Assembly (NCBI GenBank): GCA_951406725.2
Contig: OX597837.1
Location: 36,580,001 to 36,644,000, forward strand
Source of the DNA: Octopus vulgaris
Taxonomy: Eukaryota
DNA: 64,000 nt
Direction of reading: 5' to 3'
Shown here piece after piece: positions 1-12,951 of this stretch. Both the position numbers and the translations under genes were made by a program. The notes under the pieces are model-generated. The model was not told the origin of the DNA, did not search any database, and saw nothing but the letters and a program-made list of their open reading frames with translations. How positions within the stretch are numbered: position 1 is the first letter of the stretch; each line of letters starts with the position of its first letter.

Positions 1-9
1 AATGATGAC

Positions 10-54
<45 letters not shown>

Positions 55-55
55 G

Positions 56-89
<34 letters not shown>

Positions 90-144
90 CAACAACAACA
101 ATAATAATAATAATAATAATAACAACAACAACAACAACAACAAC

Positions 145-230
<86 letters not shown>

Positions 231-234
231 TGAC

Positions 235-305
<71 letters not shown>

Positions 306-354
306 CAACAACAATAATAATAATAATAATAATAATAACAACAACAACAACAAC

Positions 355-440
<86 letters not shown>
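1..440. repeat. (AAT/AAC/GAT)n compound microsatellite
   Basis: Direct observation. Confidence 0.95.
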
Positions 441-442
<2 letters not shown>

Positions 443-736
443 GTAAATAAGCGAGCGTTAATCTAGTTTTGAGGCGACATTTTTCACATCCTGCTCACGT
501 TAAGATGAAGTGTATCTCAATTGTGGCTGAACAATACAACGAGTGTAGAGTGTGAATGATTATTTAAGATAATCAATATATTGAATGACGGACGACTACA
601 TCAGGTGGGAGATCGATCGGCTGGTAGATAGATAGACCAGTAGGTACATTGGTATGAATATATGTGTGTATGTGTGTGTGTGTGTGTGTGTGTATTGTGT
701 ATACGGTGGTAGTTAGAACGCAAGGTAGGTTGGTAC

Positions 737-892
<156 letters not shown>

Positions 893-1075
893 TATATACA
901 CATGCATACATACGTATATATACATATGTATATATACGTATGTATGCATATCTATATGTATGAATATATATGGTGACGCAACATAGTGGCAACGCCCCAT
1001 CATTACACGTTGAGTCCCAGCATGTCCACGGCCTTTGGACTGAAACGCATAAGAGTAAAAGTGAAAAAAAATATT

Positions 1076-1487
1076 CAGTGGAACCTCGGTTTACAAACGC
1101 CTCTCATCACGAACAAATCGATTTATGAGTAATTTTTCGAACGTAAAATGTCGCGAGTAACGAACGGCGTTTCAAATAACGAACTATGTTTTGAGTAACG
1201 AGCTGTTTCGAGTAACGAACGATGTTTCTAATAACGAACGATTTTTCGAGTAACGAACGCTGTTTCGAGTAACGAATGGTGTTTCGAGTAACGAACACGC
1301 AAGCCAGCAACAACAATTGGCGACAAGCTGGGAGTATCAGCAGCAGAAAGTCAGTTGCTGTGTAGCTTTCACTAAGTGCACATCCTCTTGAATTTGCTAC
1401 GAGAAAAATAGCTTCGGTATACGTACATTTTGTGTAACGAACGGCCTTGGGGAACGAATTAAATTCGTAAATCGAGGTTCCACTCTG
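1076..1487. mobile_element. pogo/Tigger-like MITE
   Basis: TIRs CAGTGGAACCTCGGTTTAC and GTAAATCGAGGTTCCACT(CT)G followed by TA; internal ~19 bp tandem TTTCGAGTAACGAAC units at ~1135-1295. Confidence 0.75.
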
Positions 1488-1814
1488 TATGAAGGAGATT
1501 GACCTACTGTATAGGGTATTGCACTCACGACGCCGTGGTTTCGATACCCAGACCGGGCGGTGCATTGTGTTCTTGAACAAAACACTTCATTTCACGCTAC
1601 TCCAGGCCTCTCAGCTGTAAATGGATAAACGTCCGACAGACCGTTGCTCTCAGGCGCAATATTGGCCGGTTTCCTTAGCCAGCGGGATGTCATCATTCGA
1701 AAGCGCATTGTGACCAGCGATAGATAATAACAGAATAAGGAAAAAATACAATATCCCATCCAATAATAAAGGTATTTAAAAAATCAAAAGAATATAAACT
1801 AGATTATGGCTAGG

Positions 1815-2020
1815 AGATAACAGTTTGCTCAGAGTAGGCGCCCTCAGCTTCCAACACGGCCTCAAGACGGCTACGGATTTGGCGCATGCGTTCCTCACTG
1901 TATTCATGAGATGATCTTCCTACATTTTGATTTTGACCACGAGCATGGCCTTGGTGTTGCAGGTTGGGGTGGTTTGTGTCTTTTTCAACCGTGCTTCACA
2001 CGTAGTAATCCATGGGGTTA
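1815..2020 (-). pseudogene. maT/Tc1-like transposase C-terminal remnant
   Basis: Minus strand, across frameshifts: NPMDYYV*STVEKDTN..CNTK...NTVRNACA..RSRLEAVLEAEG; similar to the C-terminus of the element at 61081-62095. Confidence 0.65.
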
Positions 2021-3476
2021 CAATGAAGGGGTTACAGTTGTTGATGAATCTATCCACCTACCTACCTATCTATCCCTCTATCTAACCAGACACCACCTCC
2101 CTACCTAGCTACGCAACTACCTTCCTAAACACTTACCCCACCCATCCATCGACCTCCCCTTCTATCCTCCCCAATGAAGGGGTTACAGTTGTTGGTTAAC
2201 CTATCCACCTACCTACCTATCTATTCCTCTATCAAACCAGTTACCGCCTCCCTACCTAACTACAGAAAGTAAATCTATTCAAAAGTGTTACTGTCATGAT
2301 TATCCCGTGTGTTTTTCTTTAATTCTCCATTTTAACCTACATTATCCAATGTAACCATTAACAACAACTGCATTTTTTTGTTTGTTTGTTAAAGCGAAAA
2401 TGTCTCAGGTATTTCCAATTGTGTAAAGAACCAAATAAGGCAGATGCAATTAAGTTACTTAGAAAAGAGTATGCAAAGCCAACTTTAATTGATTATTTTC
2501 TTCTAGTTTGTCCATTTTGTAGAGTTTTCACACCCTACTTCCTTACACATGTGCATTTAAGACGGTAGGGCGTGAATTGAGGAAGATCTGGCTGCTATTT
2601 CTAGAAATTCCAACGACCACATAAAGACTCCTTCATGACCAAGTAGAGGGGTAAGGAAGCTAGGGGAACGTAATGGGTGTTGAGAACTGTTTAATATACA
2701 GATTAAAGCGGCAAGTTGGCAAAGTCGTTAGAACGTCGGACAAAATGCTTAGCAGCATTTCGCCCGTCTTTACGTTTTGCGTTCAAATTCCGCCCGGGTC
2801 AACTTTGCCTTTCATCCTTTCGGGGTCGATAAAATAAGTACCAGTTGAACAGTGAGAGTCGATTTAGTCGTCTGTCTCCCTCCCCCTAAATTGCTGGTCG
2901 TGTGCCGAAATTTGATAGCAATATACAGACTGGTAGAAAGATGGAGCGGTAGTTCGGTGGGGTAAATAAAATAATGCCATGGGGAGGATAGAAGGGGAGG
3001 TCGGTGGATGGGTGAGGTAAGTGTGTAGGAAGATAGTTGTGTAGGGAGGCGGTGTCTGGTTAGATAGCGGAATGGATAGGATAGGTTAATGGGTGGGTGA
3101 GTAGGTGGGCAGGTGGGTTGATATGTAGACAAATAGATCAGTAGGTGAGATGATTGGCATATAGGTAGATAGGTAGATAGGTAGATAGGTAGGTAGGTAG
3201 GTAGGTAGGTTGGTAGGTAGGTAGGTAGGTAGGTAGGTAGGTAGATAAGTAGGTAGGTAGGTAGGTAGGTAGGTAGGTAGGTAGGTAGGTAGGTAGGTAG
3301 GTAGGTAGGTAGGTAGGTAGGTAGGTTGGTAAGTAGGTAGTAGACAGATAGGAGTTAGGTAGGCAGGCGATATGCAGGTATGGCAAGGACGATCAATAGA
3401 TCGTTCGGTAGATAGGTAAGTTCTAGATGAGAAGATATTTAGGTAGGTAAGAAGGCAGGCAGGTATGTGTTATATA

Positions 3477-4075
3477 GGTAGTTATTCAAATAGGTAAGTT
3501 AGGTAGATAAATAAGGAATATAGGGTGCTAGGTAGAAAAATCGGCAGGTAGGTAGGTATCCTGTATGTATGTATGCAAATAGGTAAGTTGGTATGTTATG
3601 TAGATAGTAAGGTAAACAGCTAATTAGGAAGGTAAATTTGTAGGTAGGCACGTATGCAAATAGGTAAGTAGGTATGTTGTATGGATAGTGAGGTGAACAG
3701 CCAATTAGGAAGGTAGGTGGGTAGGTATTACATAGGTAGTTATGCAAATAGTTTAAGTTAGGTAGATAGCTATGTAAATATGTAGGTAGGAATGTAGGGT
3801 GCTAGGTAGAAAAATCGGCAGGTAGGTGGGTAGGTACCCTGTACGTATGTATGCAAATAGGTAAGTTGGTATATTATGTAGATAGTAAGGTAAACAACTA
3901 ATTAGGAAGGTAGATTTGTAGGTAGGCAAGTATGCAAATAGGTAAGTAGGTATGTTGTGTGGATAGTGAGGTGAACAGCCAATTAGGAAGGTAGGTAGGT
4001 AGGTATTACATAGGTAGTTATGCAAATAGGTAAGCTAGATAGATAGCTATGTAAATATGTAGGTAGGAATGTAGG
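3477..4075. repeat. ~260-280 bp tandem repeat derived from (TAGG)n, ~2.3 copies
   Basis: Units restart at ~3477, ~3734 and ~4013; flanked by pure TAGG tracts. Confidence 0.8.
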
Positions 4076-5010
4076 GTACTTGGTAGAAAAATCACTAGGT
4101 AAGTAGGTAAGTTGGTAGGTAGGTAGGTAGGTAAGTAGGTAGAAAGGTAGAAAGGTAGGTAGGTAGGTAGGTAGGTAGGTAGGTAGATAGGTAGATAGGT
4201 AGGTAGGTAGGTAGGTAGATAGGTAGGTAGGTAGGTAGGTATGTAGGTAGATAGGTAGGTAGGTAGGAAGGTAGTTAGGGAAGAATATGGCAAGATAGAA
4301 CCAAATTCAAACATTTCCTGTTAGACAGAACCAATGGGGTAACTTCTCCAATAGAAGTGATTACAGCGTCTCTTTAAGTACACAAAGAACAAAAAATAGC
4401 GGACATTGAATAAAATAAAATAAAAAATACTACAGTGGCTCCCTCTTTTATCAATAGAGTGTACTATGGCAGCAGGGAAGTGGTGGAGTGAGGTGGTGGT
4501 GGGGGGCTGGCTTTTTTTATAATTTGATTTTATTGTTGTTTTATTTTTGTTTTGTATTTTTGCTTTTTGTTTTGGGGTTTTTTTTTTCATTTTAGTAGGT
4601 TTCCTTTTTGTTACTGCAGGGTTTTTTTCTTTTTTTTTTTGGTAATTCTTTTTTTGTTTTTGTTTTTTTTTTTTTGCGAGGGGGTTTTACTTTTTTTTTT
4701 TTGAAAGCCAATCGCCATTCTTTAAGAATAAGATGTGTGGTGGAATGTTTTGGTGGTGGTGGTCGTGGTGGTGAGGTGCTGTGTAGACAGGTTATGTGTA
4801 CTAATGTGTAGTATGCATATGTATATGTGGGTATGCGCATGCGTATATACATATATATTTATGTATGTGTGTGTGTGATATAATCACATTATATCATAGA
4901 TATGTATATATATATATATATATAATATATATCATTATATCATATATATATATATGTATATATGTATATATATATGAATATATGCACATATATATATATA
5001 TATATATACA

Positions 5011-5056
<46 letters not shown>

Positions 5057-5147
5057 TATATATACATGCATATATAAATATATCTGTATATATACATATA
5101 TATGTACGTGTAGTAGTAGCAGAGGCAGAAGCAGCAGCAGCAGCAAC

Positions 5148-5226
<79 letters not shown>

Positions 5227-5586
5227 TGGACGAGCGTTTAAGTTCAATTCGCAATCATGAGGTCGCGGTTTCGATTCCCACGGCATGGCACCTTGGACAA
5301 TAGTAATTTTCCAGGTACCTTCCGCTCGAGCCACACCTTGTATGTAAACACTGGCAAGATGGAAACTGTGCGGAAGCCCATCGGGTATATTGTACCCGTA
5401 ATTCAAAAGGTTCAGCCTTGTAACACACTGAGTCATGTTAGTTATGCCTGAGAATTACATTAAGAGTGTACCTGTGTCTCTGGAATACTCAACCACCTAC
5501 ATGTTAATTGAATGAGCAAATAATTCTGTTGATTGGACAGCGGAACACTCAGGCTCGGAACTTCTGATCAACAGCCACGGGATACT

Positions 5587-6205
5587 CAGGCGTGGCTGTG
5601 TGGTAAGAAGCTTGCTTCCACACCACATGGTTCCGGGTTCAGTCCCACTGTATGGCACCTTAGGCAAGTGTCTTCTGCTATAGCCTCGACCCGATCAAAG
5701 CCTTGTGAGTGGATTTGGTAGACGGAAACTGAAAGAAGCGCCACGTATATCATATGTGTGTGTGCATTTGTGTATTTGTGTGTGTGTATTTGTGTGTGTG
5801 TGTGTTTGTCTGTGTGTATTTGTGTGCATGCGTGTATTTGTGTCTGTGTATTTGTTTGGGTGTGTGTATTTATGAATGTGTATTTCTGTGTGTGCATTTC
5901 TGTGTGTATTTGTGTGCGTATTTGTATGAGTGTTTGTGTGTGTGTGTGTGGTGTGTGTTTGTGCGTATGTATTTGTGTGTGTGTGTATTTGTGTGTATAT
6001 ATTTGTGTGTGCGTGTGTGTATTTGTGTGTGTGTATTTGTGTGAGTGTTTGTGTGTGTGTATTTGTGTGTGTGTATTTGTGTGTGCGCATTTATGTGTGT
6101 GTGTGTTTCTGTGTATGTATTTGTGTGTGTGTGTGTATGTCTGTGTTTGTACCCCTACCATTGCTTGACAACCGATGTTGGTGTGTTTACTTTCTCCGTA
6201 ACTTA
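5587..6205 (+). mobile_element. SINE family A with expanded internal TG tract
   Basis: Matches head and body of 53296-53733. Confidence 0.8.
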
Positions 6206-6330
6206 ATTGTTGCTATACCCTTGGGTGTCTGACAAGTCGTAAATTCCCATCGGTGTATTCTAATCAAATGAATAACAACAGACGATGGAAAACTGCCAGC
6301 TCATTATCTATCGTCTGTTATCATTCATAT

Positions 6331-6419
<89 letters not shown>

Positions 6420-6583
6420 TGTTATCATAAGATCGTGGTTTCAATTCCTAGAGCAAGCAATACGCTGTGTTCTTTGAGCAAAACGCTTCGTTCCACGCTG
6501 CTCCAATCCATTCGCTGGGCAAAAGTGAGTTATCCTATGACGAACCGGTGTCGTCATATATATATATATATATATAGATATAG

Positions 6584-6906
<323 letters not shown>

Positions 6907-6929
6907 CTGACTCTCTCTCTCTCTCTCTC

Positions 6930-6971
<42 letters not shown>

Positions 6972-6996
6972 GAGACAGACAGACAGACAGACAGAT

Positions 6997-7027
<31 letters not shown>

Positions 7028-7055
7028 AAGATAGATAGATAGGTAGATAGGTAGG

Positions 7056-7150
<95 letters not shown>

Positions 7151-7310
7151 GTGTGGCTATTCTAAAGATGATGAACTGGTGGTGCTCCAGCATGGCTGCA
7201 TGTTTTGAAATCATATAATACGTACGCTTCAGATTTTCGTAATGTATAATAGAAAATACATGCATTGTATATTGACATGTTTCCATCAATTTCTTCATAT
7301 TTTGAAACGC

Positions 7311-7385
7311 TTTAACTGAGGATGGTTTACGTAATGGAGGCATTTCCTAGTATACACTATAGAAACCTGAAACGTACGTATTAAA
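7311..7385 (+). ncRNA. Type I hammerhead ribozyme-like motif with palindromic stem III
   Basis: TTTAA-CTGAGGA(7316-7322)-T-GGTTT...AAACC-T-GAAA(7369-7372). Stem III palindrome ACGTACGT, triplet GUA, stem I TTTAA/TTAAA. Stem II closes with a non-canonical U.U. Confidence 0.65.
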
Positions 7386-7580
7386 TGATTTCTAAATATC
7401 ATGATTTGGTTTGACTTCATTATTGTATCTAATATTACTCGATGCCAGGACAAACTCGTAGGTCTTGCCTCCGCTTATTCACATACTCTTACAACGCAGT
7501 GGAACTGAACCCCGAACCTTATGGTTAGGAAGCAAACTTGTTACCACACAACCATGGCTACCCCTAAAACAAGGATACTA

Positions 7581-7649
7581 CGCCCAACGTGGGGCTTGAA
7601 CCCACGACCCCGCGATTAAGAGTTTCGTGTTCTACTTACTGAGCTAGCC

Positions 7650-7653
<4 letters not shown>
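7581..7653 (-). pseudogene. tRNA-Lys(CTT) pseudogene
   Basis: 73 nt TCCCGGCTAGCTCAGTAAGTAGAACACGAAACTCTTAATCGCGGGGTCGTGGGTTCAAGCCCCACGTTGGGCG. It follows the metazoan tRNA-Lys-CTT sequence but G1, the D-loop GG, the D-stem and the anticodon stem are mutated. Confidence 0.85.
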
Positions 7654-7722
<69 letters not shown>

Positions 7723-7730
7723 TTGTGTGC

Positions 7731-7762
<32 letters not shown>

Positions 7763-7783
7763 ATGTGTGTGTGTGTGTGTGTT

Positions 7784-7814
<31 letters not shown>

Positions 7815-8044
7815 ATGTGCGTAGCCGTATTTCGATGCCGTTACGTTCTGAGCTTAAATTCCGCCGAGGTCGACTTTGCCTTTCATCCTTTCGGGGTCGA
7901 TAAATAAAGTACCAGTTACGCACTGGTGGTCGATGTAATCGACTTGATCCGTCTGTCTGCTGTCCTTGTTTGTCCGCTCTATGTTTAGCCGCCCCTTGCG
8001 GGCAATAAAGAAATGTGTGTGTGTGTGTGTGTGTGTGTACGTGT

Positions 8045-8135
<91 letters not shown>

Positions 8136-8477
8136 CATAAGCTTTAAGCTTGAAAGCGTTCACCGTGTTTTGGCTCAAGAAAATAGTCCGACACTGAGGC
8201 TTACGAGTCTTCGACCGATAAGTGGGTAAGTAAAAATGGGAATCCAGCCAACACCTCTTATTTTCGCGATAAGTGTGCTTATAAGAGGTGTCGGCTCGAT
8301 TTACACGCGTACTTATCCATTTCATATGCCGCAGTCATTAGACATATTTTCTGTAGTAAATATACGGAGAACGTTTATAAGCTTTCAGCTTATAATTATT
8401 ATATTCACAGAATTTTCACTCGTCGCTGTTTCTTAACTTACGTAGAATGTCCACACACGCATACATACTCGTGTGTG

Positions 8478-8561
<84 letters not shown>

Positions 8562-8761
8562 CAGATAGATAGATATATCATTTACCTTTTACTTGTTTCA
8601 ATCATTAGACTGCGGCCATACTCTCTCTCTCTCTCTCTTTCTCTCCCAACATAGATAAAAAGAAAGAAAGAAAAAAGATAGATAGATAGATAGATAGATA
8701 AATAGATTGCTAGATAGATATGTAGTTATAGCTAGCTAGTTGGACAGACAGACAGACAGAC

Positions 8762-8865
<104 letters not shown>

Positions 8866-9119
8866 GGATAGATAGATTGATTGATTGATATACATTCCTC
8901 TATTTATTTTGCTGTATTTCTTTATCTATAACTCTCGCTTCCTCTCTCTCTCTCTCTCTCCGTCTCTCTTTTTCTTGGACAAACAATACAGTGATTCTGT
9001 TAATTCTGTAAAAGCAAAACCAAATAAGTTACTGTAATGTTATTTATTACAGATAATGGCTTCAATGGGTGTAATTACTCCATGAAGAGTGAAGATATTT
9101 AGCTCACAAATATAATTCA

Positions 9120-9752
9120 AAGAGCAGACATCACATTGTTATGAACGGAACTGAGAAGGCAAGCGATGATGCTGTCAACAGGATTGGTGGAGTGTGTAGA
9201 CAACAGTGTTATCAACAGGAATAAAAGAACAGTCGGTACATTGTTATTACTGGAATTGGAAGTGCAGACGACAGTGTTATCCACAGAAGTGAAAGAGCAG
9301 ACGATACTCTTGTCAATCGGTTCGGACGAGCAGACGACAGTATTGTCAACGGAACTGAAAGAACAGATCTGTTGTTATTAGTTCGAACGAGCAGACGACA
9401 GAACGAGAGTGTTGTCAACAAAACTAAAAGAGTAAGCCATAATATTATCAACAAAATCGAACGAGAAAACGGCAGTGTTGTCGATACATTTGAAGGAGCA
9501 GGCAATAATATTGTCAACCGATTCGTATGTGCAGACGACAGTATTGTCAACAAGACAGAAAGAGCAGACGATACTGTTGTCAAAATATTTGAGCGAGCAG
9601 ACGACAGTATTCTTTATAGAACGAGACTGTTGTTAACAGAACTGAAAGAACATACAGTAATGTTGTTAGCCAATTCATGGGAGAAGACGACAGAATTCTC
9701 TAGAAAATTGAAAGAGCAGACGATAGCGTTGCCAACCAGTTCGAACGAGCAG
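9120..9752. repeat. Degenerate ~33 bp minisatellite (~19 units)
   Basis: Consensus ~GAGCAGACGACAGTATTGTCAACGGAACTGAAA. Confidence 0.75.
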
Positions 9753-9964
9753 GTTTATAGTATTTTAATTGACTCGTAATTTAGCCTCACCGTGTAAGGC
9801 AAACATCACGGTTAAAGCACACATAAAAAAATACTATCAATAATAATAAGCAAAGTCAACCTCAGCGGAAAATTTGAATCCAGAACGAAGGGACGGGCGA
9901 AATGCCGCTAAGGATTTTGCACTGCGTACTAATAATGATTCTGCCAGCTCGCCGCCTTAGTAAC

Positions 9965-10026
<62 letters not shown>

Positions 10027-10302
10027 GAGGAGGAGGAGGAGGAGGAGGAGGAGGAGGAGGAGGAGGAATGTGCGGTGATTATTTGCTGATGCGTGGTGAT
10101 GACTATCAAACAGATGATAATTGCTGAGATGCACTGCAGAACAGCGGGGATCCAAACAATACGGCATCTATTCATTCTTAATACGTTTATGCAGATTTGG
10201 TCGACAATATGTTAATCACTATTGTTTTTAATCATTAGAGAACACAGCCTTTAGACAATGTCTGTTCATAAAGCACACAGTTCATTAACATAAAGGACTT
10301 AA

Positions 10303-10352
10303 GAAAAAGACACTACGGTGTTTCGACCTCATTGTGTGTCTTCTCAGTTAAA
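10303..10352 (-). ncRNA. Degenerate hammerhead ribozyme-like motif (G8 to A)
   Basis: Minus strand reads CTGAGAA-GAC...GTC-GAAA-CAC-cgta-GTG-T-C. Stem III ACAC/GTGT and GUC triplet are intact; stem I is only 2 bp. Confidence 0.45.
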
Positions 10353-10456
10353 GCTATCCCACTGGGCTGATGATGAAGTTAACAAGTACACGCTTTTGTT
10401 TATAGAAATCGTCAAAGAAATTTTTTGCTGGCGTTTGGTGATGTATACCCAACAGA

Positions 10457-10841
10457 CGTGGAGGCGCAATGGCCCAGTGGTTAGGGCAGCGGACTCGTGG
10501 TCATAGGATCGCGGTTTCGATTCCCAGACCGGGCGTTGTATATTGAGTGAAAACACCTAAAAAGCTCCACGAGGCTCCGACAGGGGATGCTGGTGATCCC
10601 TGCTGTACTCTTTCACCACAACTTTCTCTCACTCTAACTTCCTGTTTCTGTTGTACCTGTATTTCAAAGGGCCGGCCTTGTCACTCTCTGTGTCAGGCTG
10701 AATATCCCCGAGAACTACGTTAAGGGTACACGTGTCTGTGGAGTGCTCAGCCACTTACACGTTAATTTCACGAGCAGGCTGTTCCGTTGATTCAGATCAA
10801 CCGGAACCCTCGTCGTCATAACCGACGGAGTGCTTCCATCC
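10457..10841 (+). mobile_element. SINE family C, full length with 12 bp TSD
   Basis: A box TGGCCCAGTGG, B box GTTTCGATTCC; TSD ATACCCAACAGA at 10445-10456 and 10842-10853. Confidence 0.9.
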
Positions 10842-11049
10842 ATACCCAACAGATAATGATTTACGAGTTGCTCACAGTGGAAGTCCAAACAATAACGTGT
10901 CTATTCGTTCTGGCAAATACAAACATGAATGCACAAATCGCTGTTGTTTTCCGTCATCGGAGAACATTTCATGAAAACTTCTAATTATTATATTTCGTTT
11001 TGGGATTTGGTTTGCAAGATTCTTTATATGAGTTCGTGTGTTGAAGCAT

Positions 11050-11228
11050 ATTCTGTTGTGTTTGGAGAGAGTCATTTTCTTTTTGTGCCTTATTATTTAA
11101 CACACTCACCGGTAAAATTTCCACTTTTAGGAAAATAAAAATAAGAAATAAGTGGGAATTTTACCGCTGAGTGTGTTAAATAATAAGGCACAAAAAGAAA
11201 ATGACTCTCCTCAGTAACACAACAGAAT
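11050..11228. repeat. Long inverted repeat (~77 bp arms, 23 bp spacer)
   Basis: 11050-11126 is the near-exact reverse complement of 11150-11228. Confidence 0.85.
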
Positions 11229-11411
11229 TCTAATTATTATTTTAGTGGAAAATTATTTTATCGTTACCATGAAGGATAAGTAAAGTATTGTCTTTAGTTC
11301 TGGGGCCTCATCCAGAGCCTATTACCCGACTCCCACGGCATATAGATGACCTACATCACAACATGGGACCCACTTACAGCTGAGTGGACTGGAGCAACAT
11401 AAAATGAAATG

Positions 11412-11811
11412 TACTCTTTTACTTGTTTCAGTCAGTTGACTGTGGCCATGCTGGAGCACCGCCTTTAGTCGAGCAACTCGACCCCGGGACTTATTCTTTG
11501 TAAGCCCAGTACTTATTCTATCGGTCTCTTTGGTCGAACCGCTAAGTGACGGGGACATAAACACACCAGCATCGGTTGTCAAGCAATGCTAGGGGGACAA
11601 ACACAGACACACAAACACATACACATACATATATATATACATATATACGACGGGCTTCTTTCAGTTTCCGTCTACCAAATCCACTCACAATGCATTGGTC
11701 GGCCCCGGGGCTATAGCAGAAGACACTTGCCCAGGATGCCACGCAGTGGGACTGAACCCGGAACCATTTGGTTGGTAAGCAAGCTACTTACCACATAGCC
11801 ACTGCTGCGCC
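11412..11811 (-). mobile_element. SINE family A
   Basis: Reverse-complement match to 53296-53733. Confidence 0.85.
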
Positions 11812-12707
11812 TATAAAAGAAATGAAAGCTACACATCATCCGGTCCAGGAAGCGAAACCACGATGGTAGGACCGTGACTACAACACGCCTAACCACTAAG
11901 CCACGTTCCTTCGTCACCTTACGAACAGTAACCTGAAAAATAAACTCGACAGAATACGAACGCAAAACGAAGAGACAACGAAACAACATGCCAATAACAT
12001 TAAACCGGATGCTCTACCGAGTTTGCCCAATGTTAATAATTGGTTTTATTGTGGTTGTTGCTGTTGTTGTTAGTTTTAACTGCCATTGTCACCACTTCCA
12101 GTAGTCTTTCCATTTTATTTTGGGTTTTTTTGTTCTGGAAGTCGGAAGGAGCGGAGTCTTTCAACTGCTCTATTTTCTTATTATTTCATTTGAGGTATTT
12201 TTTCCTTCCATGTTTTTTTTATTTTAATTCTTGAGATTTCTTTCGCAACGCCTGCCCACCCACCCCCACCACCATTTCCCACGTGACGATCGTTTGTGTT
12301 TGGTGGGCGACGGCGGTGACGGCGGCGGCGGTGGAATGCTAGTTGTAGGTGGGAGGTGGGAAGGGGAGTCGGGTAATTTCCCAATCTATTGTTGGGAGTT
12401 ACTTGTTCCGAATTGCAGGCACCAAAACGTAATTTTTCTTACTCTGTGCGTCTGTGTGTGTGTGTGTAAATATATATATGAGTCTATGTGTGTGAGTGTG
12501 TGTGTGTGTGTATATATGTACACACGCAGATATACATACACACACATGCATATACACCTACATACATATATTTATATACATATATATATATATATTCATT
12601 CAACTACTTATATATATATATATATATAAAAGCATATGTGTATATAAATGTACATATATACATCCCAATACAAATATATGCACATACATACATAAACACA
12701 CACACAA

Positions 12708-12775
<68 letters not shown>

Positions 12776-12870
12776 ATATAAATGTATATATATACATCCC
12801 AATACAAATATATATACATACATAAACACACACACAAACAATATATATATATATATGTACATATATATAT

Positions 12871-12951
<81 letters not shown>

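Noticed and set aside
1135-1295. CRISPR-like repeated TTTCGAGTAACGAAC units
   Set aside because: Spacers are only a few bp, the array lies inside MITE TIRs, the context is eukaryotic and there are no cas genes.
2386-2568. Possible short host exon (KCLRYFQLCKEPNKADAIKLLRKEYAK)
   Set aside because: No recognisable homology or splice partners; cannot be supported without a search.
4320-4480. CCAAT boxes suggesting a promoter
   Set aside because: Short motifs expected by chance, with no downstream gene evidence.
7581-7653. Functional tRNA-Lys gene
   Set aside because: Acceptor, D and anticodon stem mismatches and loss of the D-loop GG indicate a pseudogene.
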